Assembly: GCF_000002075.1 (NCBI RefSeq)
Contig: NW_004797519.1
Coordinates: 763,644 to 827,643 of the forward strand
Reading direction: 5' to 3'
DNA: 64,000 nt
Source: Aplysia californica
Taxonomy: Eukaryota
In this document: piece by piece, positions 36,049 to 48,812 of the stretch
How positions within the stretch are numbered: the stretch's first letter is position 1
Layout of the letters: the number at the start of each line of letters is the position of its first letter
Program-made: the position numbers and the translations under genes
The notes under the pieces: generated by a model
Database searches by the model: none
What the model saw: the letters and a program-made list of their open reading frames with translations, nothing else
Told to the model about the DNA's origin: nothing

Positions 36049-36339
36049 GATGATGCGTTTGCCCTGACCAAGTCCCCAGCATCAGACACCGCAGTCCTAC
36101 CGGAAGACACTGCTCATGCTACCGGGGAGGGAGGAGAGACTCAGAAATCTGTCCGCGATCTTGGCCGACCTGTCGGTACGCCCAAAGCAATTATCAAACC
36201 GTATGGCTACCGGGGAAAATCTGGCCAGACTGAAGTGGTATCAGAGACTGAAGATCCCCTCGAGCTGGCCAAACAGGCAATGGAAGACCTGACGTTGAGC
36301 AGTGAAGACAGAGAAGAAGTCAGCCAAAAGAATACAGAG
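36049..36339 (+). CDS. PTPN13: PTPN13-like linker exon (DDAFALTKSP...QKNTE)
   Basis: ccacag acceptor, GAG|gtaata donor, phase 0->0. Confidence 0.82.
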
Positions 36340-36664
36340 GTAATATGCTCACTCGTATGTATATGGGAACTTTATCTGACTGGTTTCTTTGCGTTGCATT
36401 TGGTACAAAGTTACACTGCTGTCTCTTTATTGTCTGTTGTGCTAAGTCAGATTAAGTCAAAATGGTGGGTGGTTGGCGGGTGCTTTGTTGTGGTTTGCTT
36501 CTTCTTTCCTATCTAACATCTGTTTTCTTTATCTCCTCCCCTCCTTCTTTTTTGTGTTTGTTATTCTCTTGTAACACTGTTATCTTCTGCACTTATTTGA
36601 CCCTTTTCTGTTGCAAGTGCCGTAAAACTCTTACTAAAACAAATTTCTTTTGTACTGTGTCAAA

Positions 36665-37180
36665 CTGGTTTCTCTTATTGTCCTTTGTACTTATGCAAGT
36701 TGGTTTCTATTATTGTCCTTTGTACTTATGCAAGTTGGTTTCTCTTATTGTCCTTTGTACTTATGCAAGTTGGTTTCTCTTATTGTCCTTTGTACTTATG
36801 CAAGTTGGTTTCTATTATTGTCTTTTGTACTTATGCAAGTTGGTTTCTATTATTGTCTTTTGTACTTATGCAAGTTGGTTTCTCTTATTGTCCTTTGTAC
36901 TTATGCAAGTTGGTTTCTCTTATTGTCCTTTGTACTTATGCAAGTTGGTTTCTATTATTGTCCTTTGTACTTATGCAAGTTGGTTTCTATTATTGTCCTT
37001 TGTACTTATGCAAGTTGGTTTCTATTATTGTCCTTTGTACTTATGCAAGTTGGTTTCTATTATTGTCCTTTGTACTTATGCAAGTTGGTTTCTATTATTG
37101 TCCTTTGTACTTATGCAAGTTGGTTTCTCTTATTGTCCTTTGTACAAATTTAGACTGATTTCTCTTATTGCCTTTTGTAC
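36665..37180. repeat. Minisatellite, 35-bp unit
   Basis: tattgtcctttgtacttatgcaagttggtttctat/tctct. Confidence 0.93.
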
Positions 37181-37870
37181 TTAATCAACCTGGATTTTTT
37201 TTGGGGGGGGGGGAGTCAAACTTTTTACTGTATGCTCTAATGTCTTTTGTACTTAATATGTATTGTGTTGATGTTCATTCCTTAAACTCAAACAAACATT
37301 GGAAGACTCATGTGTGGGTGAGCGTCGTCAGGTAGTTGATGATCTGTGCGGGTGGTTGGAGGGTGCTGTTGGTAGGCTCCATTTAGTTCCCCTCTGTTGT
37401 TTCTCTGTGTCTATCTTGCTTTCTCCATGCTCGAAGTGGAAAGTGGGTGGTTGGCGGATGCTCTCTTGTGATTTGCTCCTTCTTTCCTATCAAACGTATA
37501 ATATCGTCCTCATATCCTCTCCTTTTTTGTGTTTGTTACTCTCTTGTAACACCTCCCTGTCAGCACTTAAACGACCTTATTGTGTTGCAAGTGCCATAAA
37601 ACACTTACTAAAGTATAAAACGACGTGGAAATGACCATTTGAGTGGTTGGAAGGTGCCACTGATAGCCCCTACTTCTTTTCTGTCCCTCCTTTGTTTGTG
37701 TCTTTAATGAGCATTATCGTGTTGATATATTTCTCAGTTCTCATACAAACAAACAAAAATGCTTATGTGACGATAATGTGCTGCAAGTGCCGTAAAACTC
37801 CTGCTAAAAAACTAAAAGTAAACTCACAAAACTCCCTCTCTCCCCCACAAAACTCCCTCCCTTCCCCCAG

Positions 37871-38047
37871 CTCGCTGTAATGAGAGTTGAGTTGATCAAA
37901 CCGGATGGGCCTGGTACTTCCAGTCTCGGGCTCAGCCTGGTGGAGAGGGAGCTAGAGGGGCAGTCGGGCATACACGTCAAGCGCATACAGCCCCGCAGTC
38001 TCGTGGCTCAGGATGGACGGCTCGCTGTGGGCGATAGGATTCTGCAG
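37871..38047 (+). CDS. PTPN13: Fourth PDZ, part 1 (SLGLSLV...DGRLAVGDRILQ)
   Basis: PDZ motifs; ccccag acceptor, CAG|gtgaat donor. Confidence 0.92.
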
Positions 38048-38213
38048 GTGAATTCTTGGCGTTGTCTACTGTTCATTCGTTCTCTCCTGTTGGATTTTTT
38101 TTTTACCTCTCTTTCTTTCTGTCTTTTTTGTTTCTCTGTCTTTCTCTCTCTCCCACATGCTCTCTTCTCTTTTCCCCCTCCCCTCTCTCTCTCTCTCTAT
38201 CTGTCTCTAATTG

Positions 38214-38275
<62 letters not shown>

Positions 38276-38356
38276 ACATGCTCTCTTCTCTTTTTCCCCC
38301 TCCCCCCCTCTCTCTATCTCTCTGTTTCAGTTTGCCTGTCTTTCTCTCTCTTTCTG

Positions 38357-38397
<41 letters not shown>

Positions 38398-38601
38398 CCC
38401 TCTCTCTCTCACTCTCTCTCTTTCTCTTTCTCTTTCTCTCCCTCTCTCTGTCTGTCACTCTTTCTCTGTCTGTCTCCCTCTCTGTCTGTCTCCCTTTCTG
38501 TCTGTCTGTCTGTCTGTCTATCTGTCTCTCTCTCCTTCCCCCCCCCCCTCTCTCTCTCCCTCTCTCTCTCTCATGCTCTCCCCACTGTATTATGTCGTTA
38601 G

Positions 38602-38693
38602 GTCAATGGTATCTCCTTCATCGGACTGGGCCAAAAGGCAGCTGCATCGGTACTCAGGGAACTCCGTGGGAAGCTGGTGCTCACAATAGCCAG
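38602..38693 (+). CDS. PTPN13: Fourth PDZ, part 2 (VNGISFIGL...LVLTIAR)
   Basis: VNG motif; cgttag acceptor, AG|gtgagt donor. Confidence 0.9.
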
Positions 38694-39726
38694 GTGAGTG
38701 AGGAGGGCTCGCTGCTGTGGTGGATGTGTGTGTGTGTGTGTTTGTGTTGTTGATCTGTGTGAGTGTATGTGTGGGTGTTCGTGGTGTGTGTGTGTGTTGG
38801 GGGGGTGGGGGGTGTTCATGATGTGTGTGGATGCTCATGATGTGTGTGTGTGTGTTCATAATGTGTATATGTGAGGGTGTATAGGGCTGTTCATGATGTG
38901 TATATTATGTGAGGGTGTATGGGGCTGTTCATGATGTGTATATGTGAGGGTGTATGGGGCTGTTCATGATGTGTGTGAATGTCGGGGGGGGGGGGGGTGT
39001 TGATGTGTGTGGATGTTCATGATGTGTGTGGATGCTCATGATGTGTGTGTGTGTGTTCATGATGTGTATATGTGAGAGTGTATGGGGCTGTTCATGATGT
39101 GTGTGTGTGTCGGGGGGGAGGTCATGATGTGTGTGCTTCTTTTCTTTCCTTCTTAGTTCCTGTCCATCCATCTTGCTTTTTTCCCTGTAGTAATTGAATA
39201 ACTATGTGCCTGGTTGATTGGTGCTCTGGTATGGTTTCCTTGTTTCCTATCAAACATCTATTGTCCTTATCTCTGCTCCATCTTTTTTCTGTTTGTTATT
39301 CTCCAGGAACACCAACACCTCTAATCTTTGGCATTTAATATGACCTATTTTTGTTTGCAAGTGCCTTAAAACTTATACTAAAACTAAAACTATACAAATA
39401 ACCATTATCTTATCGATGTGCTTTGCTTTATTCCCACAAACCCAAACAGTAGGTGGTTGGCAGGTGCTCTGGTGTGGTTTGCTTCTTCTTTTCTATCAAA
39501 CATCTATCGTCCTTATCTCTCCTCCTTTTTTATGTTTGTTACTCTCTTGTGACACCTCTCATCTCCTGGCGCTCATATGTCCTTATGCAATTATGAGCGC
39601 CGTAAAACCTCTACTAAAACGAAACAAAAAACCCGAACAAGTGAAAATCCATCGTTAGGTCTCTTGTTTATACTTCCTGTGATGCAAATTGCCAACAAAA
39701 TTGAGACTAAACCTGTCCTCCTTCAG

Positions 39727-39809
39727 GTCTACCAGGAGAGGAGGAGCCAACCCTCCTGATGGTGAGGCAAGCGGTGAGGACGGCATCGATGACATGCTGG
39801 GTGTCAAAG
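39727..39809 (+). CDS. PTPN13: PTPN13-like linker exon (STRRGGANPP...)
   Basis: cttcag acceptor, G|gtcaga donor, phases 2->1. Confidence 0.78.
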
Positions 39810-39910
39810 GTCAGAACTGGAGAACATTGATCCTTTGTTATGTAGAAAGCTTGCCAACTTTTTCAAAACCAAATCAGTCAGGGATATCCGGTCTTATAAC
39901 ACCAGATTAA

Positions 39911-40220
39911 CACTTACTGTACCGCAGGCTAATATAGTGGAAAAACCCTCAAGTACCGCACCAGTTTAGAACGCTGAAGTGGTAGAATTTTTTTTCATTA
40001 AAAAAACCTTGGCAGCCCAAGAAACACGTCTTAATAATTCATAGAGGTACATCAACCATTCAGCTATCATATAGAGTGACTTCCTTTGGTATTTACTTCA
40101 GTGCAGTGCGTCCATTCCTTGTTTAATTATGTTTAGTGTGCCTGGTTGCGTCAGCGACTAAAGTCGCCAGCAGTAGTGAGCGCATACTACGGCCTAGCGA
40201 CTACGACGGTACTGTAAATG
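39911..40220. mobile_element. TTAA-flanked MITE; inverted partial copy at ~61736-62017
   Basis: ttaa-CACTTACTGTACCG ... CGGTACTGTAAATG; body is reverse-complementary to 61736-62017. Confidence 0.65.
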
Positions 40221-40454
40221 TAAAGCAACAACAAACAAAATTACATCATATGGGCAGGTGATTGACGGGTGCACTGATGTGGTTTGCTCCTTCTTTCCTT
40301 TCAAAACATCTTATCGTCCTGATCTCTCCTGCTTCTTTTTTGTGTTTGCTACTCTCTTGTTACACCTCTAATCTTCAGCACTCATTAATGACCTTATTGT
40401 GTTACAAGTGCCGTAAAACTTTTAATAAAACTAAAAACCTAGTAAATCGCTGAG

Positions 40455-40760
40455 TACTTGGTTCTCCTGTTGTGGTGCAAATAACAAAGAACGTTGATCT
40501 ATTTTGTTGAAAATTACCTAGAATTTCCCTCTTTTGTTGTGTAATATATGAGTACTTTTGTTCCCCTGTTTTGTAGTGCGTTGCCAAGAACTTTGATCTC
40601 CTGTTGGGTAATAAATTACAAAGCTGTTCGATCTCCTGTTGTGTAATAAATCTTAAAGAACTTTGATCTCTGATTGTGTAATAAATAACAAAGATATTTG
40701 ATCTCTGATTGTGCGATAAATTACAAAGATCTTTGATCCCCTGTTGTGTAATAAATCGTC
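40455..40760. repeat. Degenerate ~35-bp minisatellite
   Basis: tgttgtgtaataaattacaaagatctttgatctcc. Confidence 0.75.
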
Positions 40761-40813
40761 AAACAAATACTGAGTAGATTCCAATGAACTTTGTTGTTTC
40801 CCCTCTGACACAG

Positions 40814-40882
40814 ATGTGACTGACTCTGATGATGACATCACATCCATGGCACAGGAGGCAGAGAGTCTGCTAGAGGAAGCAG
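40814..40882 (+). CDS. PTPN13: PTPN13-like linker exon (VTDSDDDITSMAQEAESLLEEA)
   Basis: acacag acceptor, G|gtaaat donor, phases 1->1. Confidence 0.8.
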
Positions 40883-41314
40883 GTAAATCATTGTGTAGCA
40901 GTTTGTTTTTTGTATTGTGTGTGTGTATCTATATGTGTATGGGTATGTGGATGCATGTTTGTGTATGTGTACGGGTGTGTGTGTATGCGTGGACCCGGGA
41001 CTTGTGTGTCATTGACCTATATGTGCAGTGCTGACAAAGAATTGATACGGCTGACCTTTTTATGTGTTGTAAGATGTAGTTATGTATACAGTATAGTTTA
41101 AGGTTATTTGACATACGTTTAAGTCCAGGAAATACAAACAGAAACAGTCAGGTCCCAAAGTGCTTACTCCCATTGCCTGCCTTTGTTTCATACATTTAAC
41201 CAACACGCCTAAGACAAGGGTTGTAACTGTGTGATACCACAAAACAAGGAGATACGTGTACAACGAGAGGGTGGTTGGAGGGTGCTGCTGGTAAATCCTC
41301 TTTCATTCCTTTTC

Positions 41315-41711
41315 ACCCCCTGGGGCGGTGTCACCTACTGAAGTGTCTTTGAACCATACCCAAAGGGGGGACTTTTCTCGTCCATGCACAGTAAATGAGC
41401 TGATTCATCAATGTCACGCTCATAACTGTGCCTGATCTACAACAGGGAACTGCTGCTTTTTCTTTCCTAATCCTTACTATTGTCATTTTCCTCTACTTCT
41501 TTTGAATGTTTGTCACACTCTTGTGACCCACTATTTCCGGGGTGCCTTGATAGTCAAAGCAGACTTTGTGCTTTTGAAGCTAGAGAGGTGAGCAGAGTAA
41601 GTCTGATTCCCTGTAAGGACTTCTCTGCTGACATCCACCCCTTGGTGCTCATATGACATTATGAGGTTAATTGCGAGCGCCGTAAAACCTCTACTAAAAC
41701 TAAAACTTAAA
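41315..41711 (+). mobile_element. Family B copy nested in a family C element
   Basis: TSD cattccttttc / cattccgtttc. Confidence 0.85.
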
Positions 41712-42244
41712 CATTCCGTTTCCTCTTTTGTTTCTGTCAATTTATCTTTTTCCCCACTCACTTAACAACCATTATTGGTTTGATGTACTTTTCATTACTC
41801 AACTGGAAACTTTGGAACAATTTGAGAGTTTTCATCATAATTGTAAGGTCTTTCATGTGGAAGAGGATGGACTGTGTGGTAAAGGCAACTACTGTCATTA
41901 TGTCTTAAGGAGTGGATGGTTGGAGGGTGCCACTAGTAGGTCTCACTTCTTTTCTTTCCTTCTATTGTTTCTGTGTGTCTGTCTTGCTTTTTCCTTGTAC
42001 CAAACGACTGTAATTGTTTCAGTGGGCTTCCATTTTCTTCGGCTGCTGTCATTATTTGTCCAAACTGGACAGTTGGAAGTCACCACCGGTAGGTTGTACT
42101 TCTTTTCTTTCCCACAATCGTTTCTGTCAGTCTGTCTGCCTCGGGGTTTTTTTTCCCTGTACTACACAACTGTTATTGTGTCCCGATGAGCTACTCTTTA
42201 CTCAAACAAAACTTTTAAAATACGAACGAAAATCATTTCTTCAG

Positions 42245-42504
42245 GTGTGAAAGCGTCTGAGGGCAGCCGAACCGACCTGGGAGAGGGTGGCTACGCGTCC
42301 CCGAGACTTCTGTCTGTGGCCAGACCCGTGGTCCTGACGGAGCAGTGGGTCGACGATTTGCCTCTGATGTCGCAGCCGCCCGGGGGCAGGGAGGGAGAAG
42401 GCGCCGGCCACAGTCCCTCCAACGAAGCTGCCACCTACGCTATCCAGGTCCTGCAGAGTCTGGCTGACCTTGTGGAGAGTGGGGAGCCTTATGAGGAGTT
42501 CAAA
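42245..42504 (+). CDS. PTPN13: Exon leading into the PTP domain (...LVESGEPYEEFK)
   Basis: cttcag acceptor, AAA|gtgagt donor; ends in the EEF helix of PTP domains. Confidence 0.88.
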
Positions 42505-43190
42505 GTGAGTAGGACTTGTGGAGGGGTTCGGGGTTAGTAGACCTTATGAGGAGTTCAGGGTCCGTAAAACTTATGAGGAGTTCAGGGTCAGTAAAACTTA
42601 TGAGGAGTTCAGGGTCAGTAAAACTTATGAGGAGTTCAGGGTCAATAAAACTTATAAGGAGTTCAAGGTGGGTAGGATCTGTGAGGGGTTCGGAGTTTGT
42701 AGGACTTAAAAGGAGTTCAGGGTTACCAGAATTTATGAGGAGTTCATGGTTATTAGAACTTATGAAGTAGAACTTATGAGGAGTCTATGGTAAGTAGAAA
42801 TTATGAAGTATGAGGAGTTTATGGTTGATAGAACTTATGAGGAGTACAAGGTTAGTAGACGTGTGAGGAGTTGGTGGTTACTAGAACTTACGAGGAGTTT
42901 ATGGTTAGTAGACCTTATGAGGAGTTTATGATTAGTGGAGCGTATGAGGAGTTATTGTTAAATGAACTTCTGAGGAGTTTATGATTAGTGGAGCGTATGA
43001 GGAGTTATTGTTAAATGAACTTCTGAGGAGTTTATGATTAGTGGAGCGTATGAGGAGTTATTGTTAAATGAACTTCTGAGGTTAGTAAGACTTGTGAGGA
43101 GTTTAGGTTAGCAGAACTTATAAGGAGTTCAGGGTTAGTAGAACTTGTGAGGATTTCCAGGTTAGTAAAAGTTATGAGGAGTTTAAGGTT
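42488..43190. repeat. 27-bp tandem repeat derived from the 42504 exon/donor junction
   Basis: cttatgaggagttcagggtcagtaaaa vs exon end cttatgaggagttcaaa|gtgagtagga. Confidence 0.88.
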
Positions 43191-43601
43191 GATATCTTTT
43201 GAGTGAGGGGGGGGGCCACAAGTAGGTCTTCTTCTTTAGTTTCCCTCTGTTGTTTCTGTTTGTCTGTCTGTCAGTCTTTGCGTTTTCCCAGTACAAGATG
43301 ATTTCCAACTTCCTTCTCTCCATNNNNNNNNNNNNNNNNNNNNNNNNNNNNNNNNNNNNNNNNNNNNNNNNNNNNNNNNNNNNNNNNNNNNNNNNNNNNN
43401 NNNNNNNNNNNNNNNNNNNNNNNNNNNNNNNNNNNNNNNNNNNNNNNNNNNNNNNNNNNNNNNNNNNNNNNNNNNNNNNNNNNNNNNNNNNNNNNNNNNN
43501 NNNNNNNNNNNNNNNNNNNNNNNNNNNNNNNNNNNNNNNNNNNNNNNNNNNNNNNNNNNNNNGTCTATTTTTTGTGGTGAGTTTGAAATCTTTATCGTCA
43601 G

Positions 43602-43692
43602 GATCTGCGACAAATGAAAGAAGAGGACTCTAGTGATGTGGGCAAACTGGCGGAGAACAAAAGCAAGAACCGATACAGAAATGTTCTGCCCT
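43602..43692 (+). CDS. PTPN13: PTP exon (ENKSKNRYRNVLP)
   Basis: pTyr-recognition KNRY motif; gtcag acceptor, T|gtgagt donor. Confidence 0.95.
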
Positions 43693-45597
43693 GTGAGTTG
43701 GTGCATGTGTTCACTGAGATTTCTGTTATAGTGTGTATAGTGTGTCAGAAATGTGCTGCACTGTGAGTTTATGAGAATATCTGTGCAGGTTTTTGTTAGT
43801 ATATGAAAAGTGTTGACCTGTGAGTTCCCACGTCTGTCCCCCAATTTTCAGTACTGTTTACTATTGGTTTTACGATGGTAAAAAGTGTTCTTCTGTATGA
43901 GACTGCATATGCATATCTATGTTTTATAGTCCGCTCACTTTTTTCATGCCCACTGTTTCTTGCTATTTTCTGAAAAATTGTCTGTAGCATTGCTTTGCTT
44001 TTTTTCATGAAATTCTTACATTTTGACAGGCCTTAAGATTTTCATTTCTTTTAATCTGCACATTAAATGGTTTATTCAAAGTGGCAGACTCCTTTGATCT
44101 TTTTGGAATATCACAAGATTCCAGACCTAAAAACTCAATATTACAGTAACAAAGGCATTTAGCCTTTGAAAGTTTAAAAAAATACTTTTTGGGGGTTTTG
44201 ACAGTACAGAAAAAGCAAGCAGGAGGGAGAGAATGTGAGCCCTGATGTAAAATCATCCTTGTTGTTGAATGCAGTGGCCTCAGTGGTGTAATAAACCGTT
44301 CTGAATTGTGAACATTCAAGCAAGGTCGGTCTGGTTTGTTTTCAACAATCAAAGAGATGAAATCATGAACGGCTTTAATTTTTGCAGGGCAAAAAATATT
44401 CCCAAAGGTTTATAGCATTTCAAACCGCGTGTGCAAATTCCCAGTGCATTTAGATCAGAGGTAACTGAGATTTATAGCAGTACAAACATGGTCTCGAGAA
44501 GGTGAATGGACTGCAGTTAGTGTAGTACATGTGCAAGAAGTGTTCTGCAGTGTGAGTTCCTACATATATGCGAGTCATCAATTTTCCCAATCAGTTTTCT
44601 ATGTATGGTACTCATATTTGTGACCTATTTGTGTTACAAGTGCCATAAAACTGTTATTAAAACCAAAAAGCTTCTCATTAATATAGATTTTACAGCACAT
44701 AGAGTTAAGCGGGAATTTGCGCCATACAAATGCTAGTTACTATTTGTGTCATGACGCCGTGGAATCGGGTGCTTGTCAATTTTTAGGCATATAGAGTTAT
44801 TAGCATTACCTTAAAGCTTGTTTATTTGTCTTACATTTGGCAAGAAAAAAGACTCATTTATCTTGAATAGAAGTTAAGATAGTATTTGTGACTGAAGGAG
44901 GTGGGGGGTCGTCTGGTATCAGAGGTAAAATTAGCATGAAAATGGCCGCCAAAGTTTGGTGACTTCCAAAGCTTGAGTGTGCTTAGAAACTCAAATTTAC
45001 ATTTTTTTGTCCCATTGATCAACTTTTTTCAGTAAAATCCTCACAGAGATGTGTTTGTAAATGGACATAAAAAATAAAAGGTGTGGAGCCAAAAAAAGAA
45101 ATATAAAAAAAATATAGCCAACAGCCAGAAAAATGCCTGTTTCTTTTATTTAATTATTTTTATGAGTGCCTGATTTCACCAAGCTGCCTCACATAATGTA
45201 CAATCATTATTATTATTACTCATCCAAAAAACAAACAAAAAACCCAGCTCCCTGACTGTTGCGTTGCCCTTTGTTCCACATATTTTATTATGTACTTGTA
45301 TGTGCTCGTTTCGTAACGATGTGTAAGGGTGTGCGTGTGATAACCAAGTCGATGTGCGTGTGTATTTGGCGTGTACACGTGTGTGCATGAATGTGTGTGT
45401 GTGTGCGTGCGTGTATTTGGCATGTGTGTGTGCGCGTGTATTTGGCATGTGTGTGTGTCTAGTGTCTGTTCATGTGTGAATATTGTTCGCACATGCTTTT
45501 ATGTAAAAGCGCCTAGAGCTGTGTTCACAAGGGAGTGGGCGCTCTAGAAATGATCTACATTATTATTATTATTATTATTATTATTTGCTCCATCCAG

Positions 45598-45868
45598 ACG
45601 ACAGTAACCGCGTGAGGCTGAGGGGCCAGGCCAGCGACTACATCAACGCAAGCCACATTTGCCTGGAGGTGGGCGACCAGCAGCACCGCGTGCGCTACAT
45701 CGCCTCTCAGGGCCCGGCGCCAGACACGGTCGGCGACTTCTGGTCCATGGTTTGGCAGGAGCGGGCTGCAGCCGTGGTCATGCTCACTCAGCTCTCGGAG
45801 GCCGGAAAGGTCAAATGTCACACCTACTGGCCAGTCAGCAAGGAGGAGCCACTCCGCTTGGATGATGG
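45598..45868 (+). CDS. PTPN13: PTP exon (DYINAS, YIASQGP, DFW, KCHTYWP)
   Basis: Conserved PTP motifs; atccag acceptor, GG|gtgaga donor. Confidence 0.96.
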
Positions 45869-46918
45869 GTGAGACGCCGTGGATACTGGAATGATGCGCT
45901 AACACTGCGACATGATAAAATTCTGACCGCTCGCTACTTCAGAATTACAAAGTTCTATCTGACATTTTTGGCCCTTTTGAGTACTAAGACCGTGAGGGTG
46001 GGTGGTTGGCGGGTGCTCTGGTGGGGTTTGCTTCTTCTTTTCTATCGAACATCTATCGTCTTTATCTCCCTTCCTTCTTTTTTGTGTTTGTTACGCTAAC
46101 ACCTTTAATCTTTGGCTCTTATATGGCCCTATCGTGTTGCAAGTGCTGTAAAACACTTACTAAAAGTAAAAGACCATGGGGTCGGAAAGCAAAAGCCTTA
46201 CTTACTGTTCTATCAAAATCGTAAGAATATTCAGAGTCATTATCAAGATATTCAAAGACCTGCATGACCTATTGTGAAACTTAAATTTTTTTACATCAAA
46301 TTTCTCAGTACTAGGTACTGAGCAGATAAAACTGTATTTATGAGGTAGTGCACTTTTACACAACACAGACATTGTAATGTGCAGCACAAGTCTGTAACAC
46401 GTTTAGAAAACTGATCATTGTCACAGACACTGTGTATGTGTTCTTTGTTAGATTAAGGATGTATATGTGAGGCATGGTGGCGCAATCAGGCACTCGTCAA
46501 AATAATTAAATCCAAGAGACTGGCACTTTTCTGGTGGTTGGGCAATTTTCTCCAAATCCCCAGCACCATGTCCAAATAGAAACTCATTTCTGTGTAGATT
46601 TTACTGGAAAAACGTTGACAAAAAGCAAAAAAGATTGTAATTGTGCAGTTTTCAAACACACTCAAGTCAACAAACTTTGGCAGTCATTATTATAATTAAT
46701 ATTTTTATTTTTATCATTATTATTATTTTCACATTATTATTATTATTATTATTATTTATATTTTTAAAATTATTTTTATTATTGTTTTTATTATTATTTT
46801 AGAAAATCATTATTATGATCATGATTATTATTATTGTTGTTGTTGCTATTATTATTATTATTATTATTAATATCATCATCATCATCATTCTATCTGTGTT
46901 ATTTGTTCCCTTTGCCAG

Positions 46919-47081
46919 GAGGCTGTGTGTCCGACTGAAGCGCAGGTACACAGTGGCGGAGATCTGTGTGCTGGACATGTCCCTGGAGGGCGGGGCAGGG
47001 GACCAGCAGGAGGTGACGCTGCTCCAGCTGATGTCCTGGCCGGACCACGGGGCACCCGACACAGCCCTGCCCCTGCTTAAG
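46919..47081 (+). CDS. PTPN13: PTP exon with WPD loop (SWPDHGAP)
   Basis: WPD motif; tgccag acceptor, AAG|gtacgg donor. Confidence 0.95.
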
Positions 47082-47194
47082 GTACGGAGAACTCGACTCG
47101 CTTTGTGTTTGTGTGCGCGCCTCAGGCACATAGGTGTGGGGAGTGGATGCGGGAGAGCCTCCACACTTGTTGGTCCTTCTTTTCTTTTTCTTTC

Positions 47195-47880
47195 CACACG
47201 GTATGTCCTTTTTCTTTTTTTGCACTGGTATGTCCTTTTTCTTTTCCTTCCTGTATGTCCTTTTTCTTTTTTTTTGGGTACTGGTATGTCCTACTGGTAT
47301 GTCCTTTTTCCTATCTTTCCACTGGTATGTCCTTTTTCCTATCTTTCTACTGGTATGTCCTTTTTCCTATCTTTCTACTGGTATGTCCTTTTTCCTGTCT
47401 TTCCCTCTGTTGTTTTTGTCTTTTCCACTGGTATGTCCTTTTTCCTGTCTTTCCACTGGTATGTCCTTTTTCCTGTCTTTCCACTGGTATGTCCTTTTTC
47501 CTGTCTTTCCCTCTGTTGTTTTTGTCTTTTCCACTGGTATGTCCTTTTTCTTTTCCTCCCTCTATGTCCCTTTTCTTTTCTTTCCTTCTGTTATTTATTT
47601 ATTTTATTTTTTTGTCCCTTTTCTTTCCCAATGTTGTTTTGTCCTTTCCACTTGTATGTCCTTTTTCTTTTCTTTCTCTCTGTTGCTTTTTGTCCTTTCC
47701 ACTTGTATGTCCTGCTTCTTTTCTTTCCCTCTGTTGTTTTTTTTATCCATCCGTCTTACTTTTCCCCTGCACTTACAACTGTTGCTGTTATTGTGTTGGT
47801 ACGCTCCTTTTCACTTGAACACTTCTTTGCTTTCCATTGGTATGTCCTTTTTCTTTCCTTTCCCACTTGTTTTTGTCCTG
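47195..47880. repeat. ~28-bp pyrimidine-rich minisatellite resembling the family C head
   Basis: ccactggtatgtcctttttcctgtcttt. Confidence 0.8.
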
Positions 47881-48812
47881 TTTTACTTTTTCTTAGCATT
47901 GAATAACTGTTACTTGGTGGTTGTCGGGTGCTCTGGTGTGGTTTGCTCCTTCCTTCCTACCAAATATCTAGCGTCCAGATCTCTTCTCCTTCTTTTTTGT
48001 GTTTTGTGTTTGTTACTCTCTTGTAACACCTGTAATCTTTGGCACTTATATGACCTTATTGTGTTGCAAGTGCCGTAAAACTCTTACAAACACTTTTTTA
48101 AAAAATAACTGATACAGTTTTTTTGTTGATGTGCTTCTTTTCACTTGAGCGCTGATACAATTAACCTAGCCACTGGTAGGTCCTACTTCTTTACTTTCCC
48201 TCTGTTGTTTCCGTCTGTCTGTCTTACTTTTTCCCAGCACTACATGACCATTGCGGGTGGGTGGCGGGTGCTCTGGTGTGGTTTGCTCCTTCTTTCCTAT
48301 CAAACATCTGTCATCCTTATCTCTCCTCCTTCTTTGGTGTTTGTTACTCTCTTACACTTCTAATCTTCGGCGCCTCATATGACCTTTTTGTGTTGCAAGT
48401 GCTGTAAAACTCTTACTAAAACTAAAAATGTACTTTTCCCCCACACTAAATAACTTACTGTTTATTGTGTTGGTACGCTTCTTTTCACTAAACCATTCAA
48501 CCTAGGTGTGGTTGGGTGTGGAACGCCACTGGTTGGTCCCTCTTCCTTTCTTTCCCTCTGTTCTTTTCATCTATCCGTCTAAGTCTTACGTTTTCCCTGC
48601 ACTCAATAACCGTCGGTGGCTGGTGGATGCACTGGTGTTGTTTGCTCCTTCTTTCCTATCCAACATCTATCGTCCTTTTATCTCTCCTCGTTTTTTGTGT
48701 ATGCTACTCTCTTGTAAAACATTTATTCTTCGGGACTTATATGGCCTTATCGTGTTGCAAGTGCCGTAAAACTCTCACGAAAGCTAAAGCACCCAGCAAC
48801 TGTTGGCTTATT

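Noticed and set aside
31500-37180. CRISPR-like arrays (35-38 bp repeats)
   Set aside because: Head-to-tail tandem units with no unique spacers, inside eukaryotic introns, with no cas genes.
36462-37184. Repetitive ORFs in three frames (also 17487-18211 on the minus strand)
   Set aside because: Translations of minisatellites with no protein signal.
46815-48078. Long hydrophobic ORFs (363, 314 and 237 aa) as membrane proteins
   Set aside because: Only 46919-47081 is a PTP exon; the rest is a stop-poor pyrimidine minisatellite open in all three frames.
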